This document shows positions 20,568-29,380 of a stretch of 64,000 nucleotides of DNA, piece by piece. The DNA is taken from contig CBDCKW010000009.1 of NCBI GenBank assembly GCA_965218435.1, positions 512,001-576,000 on the forward strand, given 5' to 3'. A program made the position numbers and the translations under genes. Positions within the stretch are counted from its first letter, which is position 1; every line of letters begins with the position of its first letter. The stretch is from Truepera sp. (GTDB lineage Bacteria > Deinococcota > Deinococci > Deinococcales > Trueperaceae). The notes beneath the pieces are model-generated. The model worked only from the letters and a program-made list of their open reading frames with translations. It did not search any database and was not told where the DNA came from.

Positions 20568-20588
20568 AGCCGGGGAAACCCGGCTTTC
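20568..20588 (+). terminator. Hairpin terminator
   Basis: AGCCGGG-gaaa-CCCGGCT-TT. Confidence 0.65.
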
Positions 20589-20604
20589 GTGTTACGTTAG
20601 CCTC

Positions 20605-20820
20605 GTGAAACCTAAAGCGCCCTCGGCTCGAAAGGTTTACCGCACGTTGATGGGCATTCTGGCTGCGGTGCTCCTACTGCTCTTTTTAGCCTGCATCATT
20701 CAGGGTGTACTCACGCTCTGCTTGTACGAAGACCTGACCGGTATCGGGCTGATGGTCGTAGGGGTGGTGCTCTACTTCAGCGGCGAACTCGCGCTCGCCG
20801 AACGCGAGGCGTCACGCTGA
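20605..20820 (+). CDS. Small two-TM membrane protein
   Basis: Two hydrophobic segments; leaderless-type -10 TACGTT 6 nt before GTG. Confidence 0.6.
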   Translation: MKPKAPSARKVYRTLMGILAAVLLLLFLACIIQGVLTLCLYEDLTGIGLMVVGVVLYFSGELALAEREASR

Positions 20821-20836
20821 GGGTTCACACTGGTCT

Positions 20837-21637
20837 CTAGCTGGACACCGCTTTAGGCGAGCGGACGCGCTGCGCGAGCTGCACCACCAAAAAAACCGCA
20901 GCCGCCGCCGCGCCTAAAACGAGTAGCGCCTCGTTGCCCCACTGCCGCACGGCAATTCCGAAAAAAGCCCAAACCAAAACGAGTGTGTAGGCGACGTCAC
21001 CGCGCCGCTGCAACATGGTGAGGCCGATAGCAGTTGCGGCGAGAACCACGACAAACGCCCAAAAAGGTGCGGCCCAGCCGCCGCGCACGCCGAGCGAGAG
21101 CAGGAGCACCGAAACGTTGGCAACCGTCGCCACGGTAATCCAGCCCAGATAGATACTAAATGGCAGCCGCACAGCCAACGCTTCCGCCCGGGTGACCTGA
21201 CTTTTACCGGTCTCTAAACGCTGATAAATAGCTACAAGCGTGCCTAAAAGCCCCAGCATCACGAGCATCGAAAGCGGAATCTGGAGAAAGTGCCACGCAA
21301 AAAGCCACGCGATGTTAAACGCACAGCTCACGATAAAGAGATAACCGAGTCGCCCTAGTCGCGGGTTATTGCGCTGTGCCGGTAACGCCTGATAGACGAC
21401 AAACACACCCAAAAGCAGATAGATCAGTCCCCAGATGGCAAAAACGTAACCAGCCGGGGTAAAGAGGCTCGGAAACGAGTCTGAAATCGCGCCGGTGGTG
21501 AGGCCGTTTAAGGGCAAGATGTTGGCGAGCGCGTTGACCAAAACAACCAAGACATACGCCACGATATTAAGGACAGGGAGCAGTCTCAAGCTGCGCTCAG
21601 GGGCTGACGACACGGTTACTGCGGGTGTAGCAGGCAT
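20837..21637 (-). CDS. TspO/MBR-related (tryptophan-rich sensory) membrane protein
   Basis: FTPAGYVFAIWGLIY, NIAWLFAWH, FSIYLGWITVATVAN. Confidence 0.8.
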   Translation of the reverse strand: MPATPAVTVSSAPERSLRLLPVLNIVAYVLVVLVNALANILPLNGLTTGAISDSFPSLFTPAGYVFAIWGLIYLLLGVFVVYQALPAQRNNPRLGRLGYLFIVSCAFNIAWLFAWHFLQIPLSMLVMLGLLGTLVAIYQRLETGKSQVTRAEALAVRLPFSIYLGWITVATVANVSVLLLSLGVRGGWAAPFWAFVVVLAATAIGLTMLQRRGDVAYTLVLVWAFFGIAVRQWGNEALLVLGAAAAAVFLVVQLAQRVRSPKAVSS

Positions 21638-21739
21638 AAACCCTCCTGTTGCGGCGCACGTGCGCCGCGTTTAACCCAGCATAGGGCGAACGTGCAAAAA
21701 AAACCACCGCAGGTCGCTGTAAATCGCCTCGAGTACGCT

Positions 21740-21762
21740 AAAAAGCTCCCCTCGGGAAGCTT
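21740..21762 (-). terminator. Probable terminator of the RND operon
   Basis: AAGCTTCCC-gag-GGGAGCTTTTT on the minus strand. Confidence 0.6.
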
Positions 21763-21777
21763 GATAAAAGGCTCAGC

Positions 21778-24700
21778 CTAAATCTGACTTTTGCCCAACG
21801 CGGGTGAGCGGCCTGAAGGTAACGGGGTGCGTTCGTCTTCTTTAATGACGTCACTAACTCTGTCCGGCTGAGCTGCACCGGCCTGGTCGCGTTCGTAGCG
21901 TTTGTGTTCAAACTGATAAAATGCCGCCGGGACGACGTAAAAGGTCAGGAGCGCCGAGGTCAAGACGCCGCCTAAAATGACTAAGCCGAGCGGATACCGA
22001 AACTCGCTGCCTTCGCCGAGACCTAGGAGCAGCGGCAAGCTGATCACCACGACCGTCGAGGTCGTCATCAAGATGGGGCGAAAACGCACGGTAGCCGCCT
22101 CGAGTAGCGCCTCACGCAGCGGTACCCCGCGTTTAGTCTCCGAAAGTGCAACGTCGAGGAGCAAGATCGCGTTTTTGGTCACCAGACCGATCAGCATCAC
22201 CACGCCCAAAATGCTGATGATGTCGAGCGAGGTGCCCGTAAAGTAAAAGAGCCAGACCGCCCCGACGAGGGCGAGCGGCACCGTCAGGAGGATATAAAGC
22301 GGGTACTTAAACGAGTTAAACTGACTGCCGATAGCGAGGTAGTTGAGCAGCAACGCCAGACCGAAGGCAATTGGCGCGTAATAGAGCAGGTCGCCTAAAA
22401 GGTCGAAGTTCGACCCTTGAATCTGGGAGACGCGGTTATCTAACACGCCTGCTCTCTGTAACCGCGTTTTGGCGGTCGCCGTCACCTGCGAGAGGTTGCT
22501 CCCCGGCGTCAGCTCGGCGCTCAGGGTCGCGCTGTACGCTTGGTCGGAGCGGTTGATGGTCGCGGGCGCAGACCCCGACTTAAAGCTGCCGAGAGCGGAC
22601 AGCGGCAGGCTGCTCTGCAACGCCGGAGCCTGAATCGGTAAGCTTAAGAGGCTCTGTTCGTCACGGATTAAAAGTGGATCGGCGCGAACCCGAATCGGGG
22701 TTTCGTCGCCGCCTTGCCGCAACCGGCCCGCCTCACTGCCAACGTTATACGCCGAAAGCGTATTAAAGATGTCGCTGTTCGTCAAACCGGTGCCGTCGAG
22801 CTGCGCGGGGTTGACGACGAAGACGCGTTCGTCGGTGGTGCTCGACAAGTCCGAAGTCACATTACGCAGCCCCGGCACCTTTTCCAGCACGGTTTGCGCT
22901 TTTTCGCTCCGCTTACGGAGCAGATTCAGGTCGGTTGAACCGAGTGACAGGGTGTAACCGGTGCCTCCGGGTGGCCCGCCGGAGCCCTCGTTGCTGAGGT
23001 TGAGTTCAGCTTCGGGGAAGGGCTTAAGGACTTTGTTGAGTTCTTTCTCGAGCGCCACAATCGATTCTGTCGTGTCGAGGGTGCGCTCATCTTTGGGAAC
23101 GAGTTGGACGCTTAGGTCAGCCCGTTCGGACGAGGAGCCGCCCAACACGTCCCCTGCACCCACCGTGACCTGCACGGTATCAACTTCAGGGTCGTTTAAG
23201 AGCCGGTTTTCCAACCTGCCCGCAACGCGGTTCGTCTGGTTGAGGCTGGTGCCAGGGGGAAGCTCGAGCGTCCCGCCAATTAGACCCGAGTCGTCCGGGG
23301 GCTGAAAGTTAAAGCCGATCTTGGGAAAAACCCAAAAGAGGCTGCCGAAAAGTGCAACTGAAATCCCCAGCACCAGCCATGCATGTGACAACACAAACCG
23401 CAGCGAACGGACGTAGCCGCGTCTGGCCCCGCCCACCAAAAAGTTGCCGGTGCGGTAGAGCCCTAAGGCCAACACGCCGAGCACGTAGAGTACGAGCCGG
23501 ACAAGGTAACGGAGTAAAAAGAGCGCGACCGGTACAGCTAACAGCCACAGCAGCATGAGGGGTTGCTGCGGTGCGAGGCGGAGGTATATGGCCGCGCCCA
23601 CCCCGACGATCACGACCCAAAACCACACCCGGCGGAGGTTACGAACGCCCCAACGTGCGTCGATGCCGAACTTACGCGCTGCGCCGCCGAGTTCGCGGGG
23701 ACCGGGGGGGAGTGGGTCGGGGGAGAGGGCCAAACGGACGGTTAAAAAGAACATCGCCTCGAGGTACGAGAAAGCGACGGCGGCGGCCATCGTCACACCG
23801 AACTGCTGAAAAAACTGGCCGATCACACCCGGCAACAGTGAAATCGGGATAAAGACCGCGAGCAGTGAGAGCGTCGCGGCGAGTACGGCAGTGCTGACCT
23901 CACCCGCGCCTTTAATCACCGAATCGCGCCGGGACATCCCCTCTTCGCGGTAGCGGTCAATATTTTCGGCGACGACAATCGCGTCGTCAACGACCAGACC
24001 GATAGCTACGGTGATCGCCAAGAGCGTGATGATGTTAAAGGTAAAACCGAAAAAATTGATGATAATGAGTGCGCCTGCGATCGAAACCGGAATCGCCAGC
24101 ACCACGGCGAGCACCGACCCTAACCGCCCGGTAAAGAGCAAAACGATCAGCGATACGGCAAAGGCCGCCAACACCGTTTCGGTCAGCGTGTCGTTGACGC
24201 TCGAGGCCACAAACACCGACGAGTCCCCGACGATTTCAGTACGGTAGCCTTTGGGTAGTTTGAAGTCAGCCAGCGTTTTGCGCAGGTTGCTCGCCGCAGC
24301 AACCGAGTTTTCCCCTGAAAGCTTGCGCACGTCTAAGAGCACCACCGGTTCGCCGTTAAGCCGCGCGTAGGTGGTCTGATCTTCAGACGCGTCGCGCACT
24401 GTAGCGACGTCCCCAACCCGGACGCCCCTGGCCGAATCAACCCGAATCTGCTCGATGTTGCGGAGGTTTGAGGGCGTCGCCCGCCCCGCTAACAGCAGCC
24501 GGTTGTCCGAAACCGTCAGGCTCCCGGCGGATTTGTCTACTGCCGACGCACCGATCGCGCCGGTCACGGCTTGCGGCGTCAGGCCATATGAGTTGAGCTG
24601 CGCCGGATCGAGCAAGACCTGAATTTCACGCGCCGAGGGGCCGACCACCGACACGTCAGCTACGCCGTCAACGCGGCGTAGGACGGGTTGCAATTCGTCT

Positions 24701-25176
24701 TCGGCAAACTTTTGGATGGTACTCAGGCCGACCCCCGGCGCAGCGACGGCGACGCTCAAGATAGGCTGGTCGGACGGGTCGAACTTCTGCACGTTCGGCG
24801 TGTCGGCACCGTCGGGCAAAAGTGACGCGACGGCGTTGACGCGTCCACTTACGTCAATGGCCGCTTCATTGACGTCAACATCTGCGTCAAACTGAGCGAT
24901 GACGAAACTAAAGCCTTCGTTCGAGACCGAGGTGACCGAGCTGATCCCCGGCAGTGTAGCGAGTTGTCCCTCTAAAGGTTCAGACACGCTGCGCGCGACT
25001 TCCTCTGGCCCTGCGCCCTGATACTGCGTGGTCACGGCGACGACTGGAATTTCAATCTCAGGTAAGAGGTCAATCCCAACGTTGAGTGCGCTGATCACGC
25101 CAAACAGCACGAGTGCGCCGAAAACGCTAAAGGTCAAGACATAATTGTCAACAAAAAACTGAATCAGCCTCTTCAT
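21778..25176 (-). CDS. RND efflux permease (AcrB/HAE1-like)
   Basis: GLVVDDAIVVAENI, GLVTKNAILL, RFRPILMT; two large periplasmic loops. Confidence 0.95.
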   Translation of the reverse strand: MKRLIQFFVDNYVLTFSVFGALVLFGVISALNVGIDLLPEIEIPVVAVTTQYQGAGPEEVARSVSEPLEGQLATLPGISSVTSVSNEGFSFVIAQFDADVDVNEAAIDVSGRVNAVASLLPDGADTPNVQKFDPSDQPILSVAVAAPGVGLSTIQKFAEDELQPVLRRVDGVADVSVVGPSAREIQVLLDPAQLNSYGLTPQAVTGAIGASAVDKSAGSLTVSDNRLLLAGRATPSNLRNIEQIRVDSARGVRVGDVATVRDASEDQTTYARLNGEPVVLLDVRKLSGENSVAAASNLRKTLADFKLPKGYRTEIVGDSSVFVASSVNDTLTETVLAAFAVSLIVLLFTGRLGSVLAVVLAIPVSIAGALIIINFFGFTFNIITLLAITVAIGLVVDDAIVVAENIDRYREEGMSRRDSVIKGAGEVSTAVLAATLSLLAVFIPISLLPGVIGQFFQQFGVTMAAAVAFSYLEAMFFLTVRLALSPDPLPPGPRELGGAARKFGIDARWGVRNLRRVWFWVVIVGVGAAIYLRLAPQQPLMLLWLLAVPVALFLLRYLVRLVLYVLGVLALGLYRTGNFLVGGARRGYVRSLRFVLSHAWLVLGISVALFGSLFWVFPKIGFNFQPPDDSGLIGGTLELPPGTSLNQTNRVAGRLENRLLNDPEVDTVQVTVGAGDVLGGSSSERADLSVQLVPKDERTLDTTESIVALEKELNKVLKPFPEAELNLSNEGSGGPPGGTGYTLSLGSTDLNLLRKRSEKAQTVLEKVPGLRNVTSDLSSTTDERVFVVNPAQLDGTGLTNSDIFNTLSAYNVGSEAGRLRQGGDETPIRVRADPLLIRDEQSLLSLPIQAPALQSSLPLSALGSFKSGSAPATINRSDQAYSATLSAELTPGSNLSQVTATAKTRLQRAGVLDNRVSQIQGSNFDLLGDLLYYAPIAFGLALLLNYLAIGSQFNSFKYPLYILLTVPLALVGAVWLFYFTGTSLDIISILGVVMLIGLVTKNAILLLDVALSETKRGVPLREALLEAATVRFRPILMTTSTVVVISLPLLLGLGEGSEFRYPLGLVILGGVLTSALLTFYVVPAAFYQFEHKRYERDQAGAAQPDRVSDVIKEDERTPLPSGRSPALGKSQI

Positions 25177-26441
25177 ACGCCGCCTCCTAAAGTCGTAGCA
25201 TTTGTCTGGCCCTCACCCAAAACCTCGACCGGGGTACCGGGATTGAGGTCGGCGGGCAGGGGGTAGATCACGCGTGCGCCTTCACTAAGCCCGGACACCG
25301 CGACCTGTGCGCCGCCTTCGCTGAGCAGGTTGACGCGTACCTCTCTGGCGCGGCCCCCCTGCGCGACCAACACGCTGACTTGGCCGCCGTTTTGCCGAAG
25401 TGCGCCGCTTGGAATCAAGATGCCTTTGGCTAACACGAGCTGATAGTCAAACTGCGTGACCGTCCCGTTGGGAATCGGCGTGTCGGACGGATAGATGTTG
25501 GCCTGAACCTCGACCAACCGGCCGCCTTGCGTCTGCGAGGTCTGCGTGACCTGCGCAGCGTAGTCGAGACCGTTATACGGCAGCCAGATACGGCCCTGCT
25601 GAAGTAGCCGCTGCGCGTCTTCGGGAGCAACACTGAAACTGGCAAGCTGCCGGTCGGTGCTGACCAGACGAAACGCAGGGCTGCCTGCACCGATAAACTC
25701 GCCCTCTTCAACCAACACCTCAGCGACCTCACCCGCGTAAGGGGCGGTCAGTTTGGCGTCGGCAAGGCTTTGTTGCGCCTGCGCGACCTGCGTTTGGGCT
25801 TGCTGCACCTGCAAACGCAACAGTTCCAAATCTTCTTCCGGTGCACGTTGGCTCTGGTCGGCAGCGGCTTGAGCTTGTAAAAGTGTCGTCTGCGCCTGCT
25901 CGAGCCCCACCTTGAGCTGGTCAAAGTCATTCTGTGAAATCCCGCCTGCTGCTAAGAGCGACTGACCCTCGGTAAACCGCTGTTTAGCAATGGTTAAACT
26001 CGTCTGCGCAGCCTGAAGCCCCGCGTCACTCTGTGCGGTGTTAAGGCCGCTCGAGCGTTCGGCACTTTGCAGGTTGACCCGGGCGGTTTGGAGTGACAGC
26101 TGCGCGTTGTCGAGCCCGAGCTGAAGCGCGTCGTCGTCGAGTTGAATCACGACCTGACCGGCTTTAACCTGTGCGCCGCTCCGGGCGAGAATCTGTTTAA
26201 CCTGGCCGGTCGTCCCGGCGGACACCTGACTCTCTTGGAGCGGCTCAATCGTCGCCGAGGCGCTCCGGGTCACGCTCAGCGTCCCGGTTTTGGCCCGAAT
26301 TACCCGGACACTGCGGCTCAGTTGGGACTGGCTTTGGGTTTGAGTCTGGCTCGAGCCAGTGGTACTGTCCTGGGCTTTGACCGCACACGCGGCGAGCGGG
26401 AGCAGGGCGAGGAGGATAGGTAGGGCAGTGCGGGCGTTCAT
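25173..26441 (-). CDS. RND periplasmic adaptor (MFP), lipoprotein
   Basis: Lipobox LAAC; lipoyl halves GQVKQIL...VKAGQ and LTAPYAGEV; long alpha-hairpin. Confidence 0.92.
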   Translation of the reverse strand: MNARTALPILLALLPLAACAVKAQDSTTGSSQTQTQSQSQLSRSVRVIRAKTGTLSVTRSASATIEPLQESQVSAGTTGQVKQILARSGAQVKAGQVVIQLDDDALQLGLDNAQLSLQTARVNLQSAERSSGLNTAQSDAGLQAAQTSLTIAKQRFTEGQSLLAAGGISQNDFDQLKVGLEQAQTTLLQAQAAADQSQRAPEEDLELLRLQVQQAQTQVAQAQQSLADAKLTAPYAGEVAEVLVEEGEFIGAGSPAFRLVSTDRQLASFSVAPEDAQRLLQQGRIWLPYNGLDYAAQVTQTSQTQGGRLVEVQANIYPSDTPIPNGTVTQFDYQLVLAKGILIPSGALRQNGGQVSVLVAQGGRAREVRVNLLSEGGAQVAVSGLSEGARVIYPLPADLNPGTPVEVLGEGQTNATTLGGGV

Positions 26442-27496
26442 GTGGGTCTCCCGGCGGCTGTGGCTAGGTCGGTGCTGCTAAACGGACTCCCGAGTGGCAC
26501 GAGGCTGCCGGTTTGCAGCGCGAGCAGCGCGTTTAAGTAGTCGCTCCGGGCGCTCTCTGCCGCGAGTTCAGCTTGCAAAGTCGTAAGCTGCGCCTGGTCA
26601 AACTCAATCTGGGAGATGAGCCCGCCGCTCAGCCGCTGCTGCTGGGTGCGCAGCCTTACCTGGGCATTTTGCAACGCGCTGAGGTTTAGCCGTAAGGTCG
26701 CGCGGGCGTTTTGGGCCTGGGTGTAGAGGTTACGCACCTGCAACCGAAAGCTCCGCTGCGCGTCCGCTAAGGCGCTCTCCGCGCTCGCCCGCTGGCTCCG
26801 GGCGGTGTCGATCTGGGCTTGGGCCGCGTACAGCGGGTCTAAGACGTCGGTCCCTAGTTGGGCGAGGGCGGCTTGCTGTTTGACGCTGAGTAGGTCGGGA
26901 TGGCGTTCGGCACTCCTAAGGGCGGCGTCTAAGGGCGGCAGCTCGGGCAACACCCCCTCGGGAACCGCCTCGAGGTCACCGGCGGCAACCTCTTCACCTG
27001 AAACGCTCGTAAAGTTGTTGAGCGCCAGTGCTTGCGCGTCCATGGCGGCGCGAAGGCCGTTTTGCGCCTGGTCGAGTGACGCCTGCGCGTCGTCCAGGTC
27101 GAGCCGGGTGGCGCTGCCGTTCTCGAGGCGTATCTTGGCGACCCTCAGCGAACGGCGGCTCACGTCTAAACTCTTCTGAGCCAGCTCAACCTGGGCGTTC
27201 GCGCCCAGCACGCCTGTATAGGCGCTTGTGAGGTCCCCGGCGGCGGTGTAACGGGTGCGCTCGAGGCTCGCTTGGGCGAGCGCCAACCGCTGCTCGGCCT
27301 GCAAGGTGTCGGCGCGTACGGCGAGTGGGTCTCGCTTTACCCGGTCCAAGTTTGCTTGTGCGTCTTTAAGTTCAGTCTGCGCGGTGACGACGCCGCTACG
27401 CGTCGAGGTGCGTGCTAGCGTTTGCGTCAAGGTGAGCGCGTAGGCGTTGGCGGCTAAGAGCGTCAGCAGCGTGAGGATAAATAAACGGCGTCTCAT
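26438..27496 (-). CDS. TolC/OMF-family paralogue, apparently all alpha-helical
   Basis: Signal peptide; two OMF helical repeats (RLENGSATRLDL, RLSGGLISQIEF); no amphipathic beta-hairpins seen. Confidence 0.8.
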   Translation of the reverse strand: MRRRLFILTLLTLLAANAYALTLTQTLARTSTRSGVVTAQTELKDAQANLDRVKRDPLAVRADTLQAEQRLALAQASLERTRYTAAGDLTSAYTGVLGANAQVELAQKSLDVSRRSLRVAKIRLENGSATRLDLDDAQASLDQAQNGLRAAMDAQALALNNFTSVSGEEVAAGDLEAVPEGVLPELPPLDAALRSAERHPDLLSVKQQAALAQLGTDVLDPLYAAQAQIDTARSQRASAESALADAQRSFRLQVRNLYTQAQNARATLRLNLSALQNAQVRLRTQQQRLSGGLISQIEFDQAQLTTLQAELAAESARSDYLNALLALQTGSLVPLGSPFSSTDLATAAGRPT

Positions 27497-28950
27497 CGTA
27501 GGGTCTCCGAAGGGGGCAACGCGTAAAGCTGATAAAGGTCTAAGAGGGCGCTCAGGGTGGTGAGTTCGCTGCTGCGGCGCTGCAAATCAGCTTGTAACAG
27601 GTCTAAAAGTGAGGTCTGAGTCTCGAGCGGGGTGCTTAAGCCCAAATCCAAACGGGTGACGTTTTCTTGATAGGTCGTGCGGGCGTTTTGAAAGGTGAGA
27701 CGGTCGAGCGCCGCGTTTTGCGCTGCTTTGGTGTAGGCCGCTCTCGAGGTCGTCTCTTGCAACGCCCCGCCCTGCTGCGCCGCCTGTAAACTCGCCTGCG
27801 CCGCCGCCGCCTGACGTTTGACGGCGTTTAACGCGTCGAGCGCCCCGACTGAAATCTTTGCTGAAACGCCGAGTTGCAGGGTGCCGTTGACGGCACTTTG
27901 CGGCAAGGTGCGGCCCGGGTCGCGGTACGAAAAGCCGACGCTCGGTTGCAGCGTCCGCGATTCCAACGAGGCGGTCACCGTCGAATAATCCGAGACGTTC
28001 CACGCGTAGCTCGCCGAGGCGACGGGGAGGATTTCACGCTGCGCCGCTGAAATCTGCAGCGCGGCGAGCTGCGTCTGCAGCTGCGTCTGCGTCACACTGA
28101 GGGGCGTACGCGGCCCCGGAGGGGTGAGACTAGCGAGCGCCTGATAGCTCGGCGCTGGAACGTCGCCGACTAAACTTTGCAAGTTAAGGCGCGCACTTTC
28201 TGCGTCCAGCTGCGCGTTACTTAAAGCGGTCCGCGCTGAGAGCAGCGCAGCTTCGGCGTCGCGGAGATCACGCCTGTTCGCGGCCCCTTTGCGTACTCGC
28301 AACCGGGCCGCTTCCAGGCCCTGCGTCGCCGCGGCGACGCCCTCTTGCGAAAGTCTGACCGAGCGTTCGGCGAGCCGTGCTTGCAAGGCCGCGACGAGCG
28401 CCCGCGCTTCTAAACCCGTTCGCGCGTTGCTGAGGTCGAGCTGGCTCGTTTGCAGCTCAATCCGGCGCTGCGTCAACAAGTCGGCGGTGTCACCAAACGG
28501 AAAAGGCCGAAACACCAGCGTCGCCCCGAGCTGATAGCCCGTTTCGGAGATGGCCGTACCCAAGTCGCCTGCGCCGGGAGCCGCGCCCGGACCGGTGGGA
28601 TCAGTGGGAACTTGAGCCGGGTTCAGTCCTGTCAGCGAGTCGTCTAACGCAAAGCGGCTATAACCGCCGGTCGCCTCGAGCGACACCGGGTCGCGCGCCG
28701 CCCGCAGTTGCAACTGCGCAGCCTCGAGCCCTGCTTGCGCCGCGAGCAACTCGGGATTGCCCCCGAGTGCTCCTAAAAAGCGTGTCAGCGACTGCTCGGC
28801 CTGAGACTGTTTGGCCTGAGACTGCTTAGTTTGAGACTGCACGGGGGTAGCGGCGGGCTGAATAGCTTGCGCTGCGGCGAGCGGCGCACTTAGCAGCGTC
28901 GCCGCGCCTAAAAAAGATAAGTCTCGCCTGAAGCGGCGTAAAACGGTCAT
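27493..28950 (-). CDS. TolC/OMF-family outer membrane factor
   Basis: RBS GGAGGA before ATG 28950; NPELLAA, RVRKGAANRRDL, RLDLGLSTPLE; amphipathic beta strands present. Confidence 0.85.
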   Translation of the reverse strand: MTVLRRFRRDLSFLGAATLLSAPLAAAQAIQPAATPVQSQTKQSQAKQSQAEQSLTRFLGALGGNPELLAAQAGLEAAQLQLRAARDPVSLEATGGYSRFALDDSLTGLNPAQVPTDPTGPGAAPGAGDLGTAISETGYQLGATLVFRPFPFGDTADLLTQRRIELQTSQLDLSNARTGLEARALVAALQARLAERSVRLSQEGVAAATQGLEAARLRVRKGAANRRDLRDAEAALLSARTALSNAQLDAESARLNLQSLVGDVPAPSYQALASLTPPGPRTPLSVTQTQLQTQLAALQISAAQREILPVASASYAWNVSDYSTVTASLESRTLQPSVGFSYRDPGRTLPQSAVNGTLQLGVSAKISVGALDALNAVKRQAAAAQASLQAAQQGGALQETTSRAAYTKAAQNAALDRLTFQNARTTYQENVTRLDLGLSTPLETQTSLLDLLQADLQRRSSELTTLSALLDLYQLYALPPSETLR

Positions 28951-29380
28951 AATCCTCCGAAGCACCCCCTGATTGTAGAGGTCTGACGCGCGTGGTGTCT
29001 GCAGTACACGCGCTCATTCTTATCAGTTTGAACGGGCGCTGTTAACAAGCAGCGTAGGTTAGGTTAAGTCGCGGTTAAGAAGCTGGCGTTACTAGGTTTT
29101 TCGCCCGTCGCTGACGGGTCTTCCGTAGGGCGAAACCCTGCTTACTAAAGATACCGCAGCGGCGTGTATTTATGACGTCGGGTGCTTGACTGTTTTGGGC
29201 CTTGACCACGGAGAAAACAACAGTAGAAACCCCCGAGAAAACTGTAGTGAAAACTGTTTCGGCACGACCGGAAGATCTGAAAGCATAAAAATTCAAACGC
29301 GCTGCCGAGCAAATCCTGCTAGAGTGCGTTAGTTATATGCGAAGCTACAACCACACCTACGGCACGCTGAAGGGATTTTT

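Noticed and set aside
29095..29137. GGTTTTTCGCCC...GGGCGAAACC hairpin as a c-di-GMP riboswitch
   Set aside because: It lacks the conserved two-stem GEMM features on either strand
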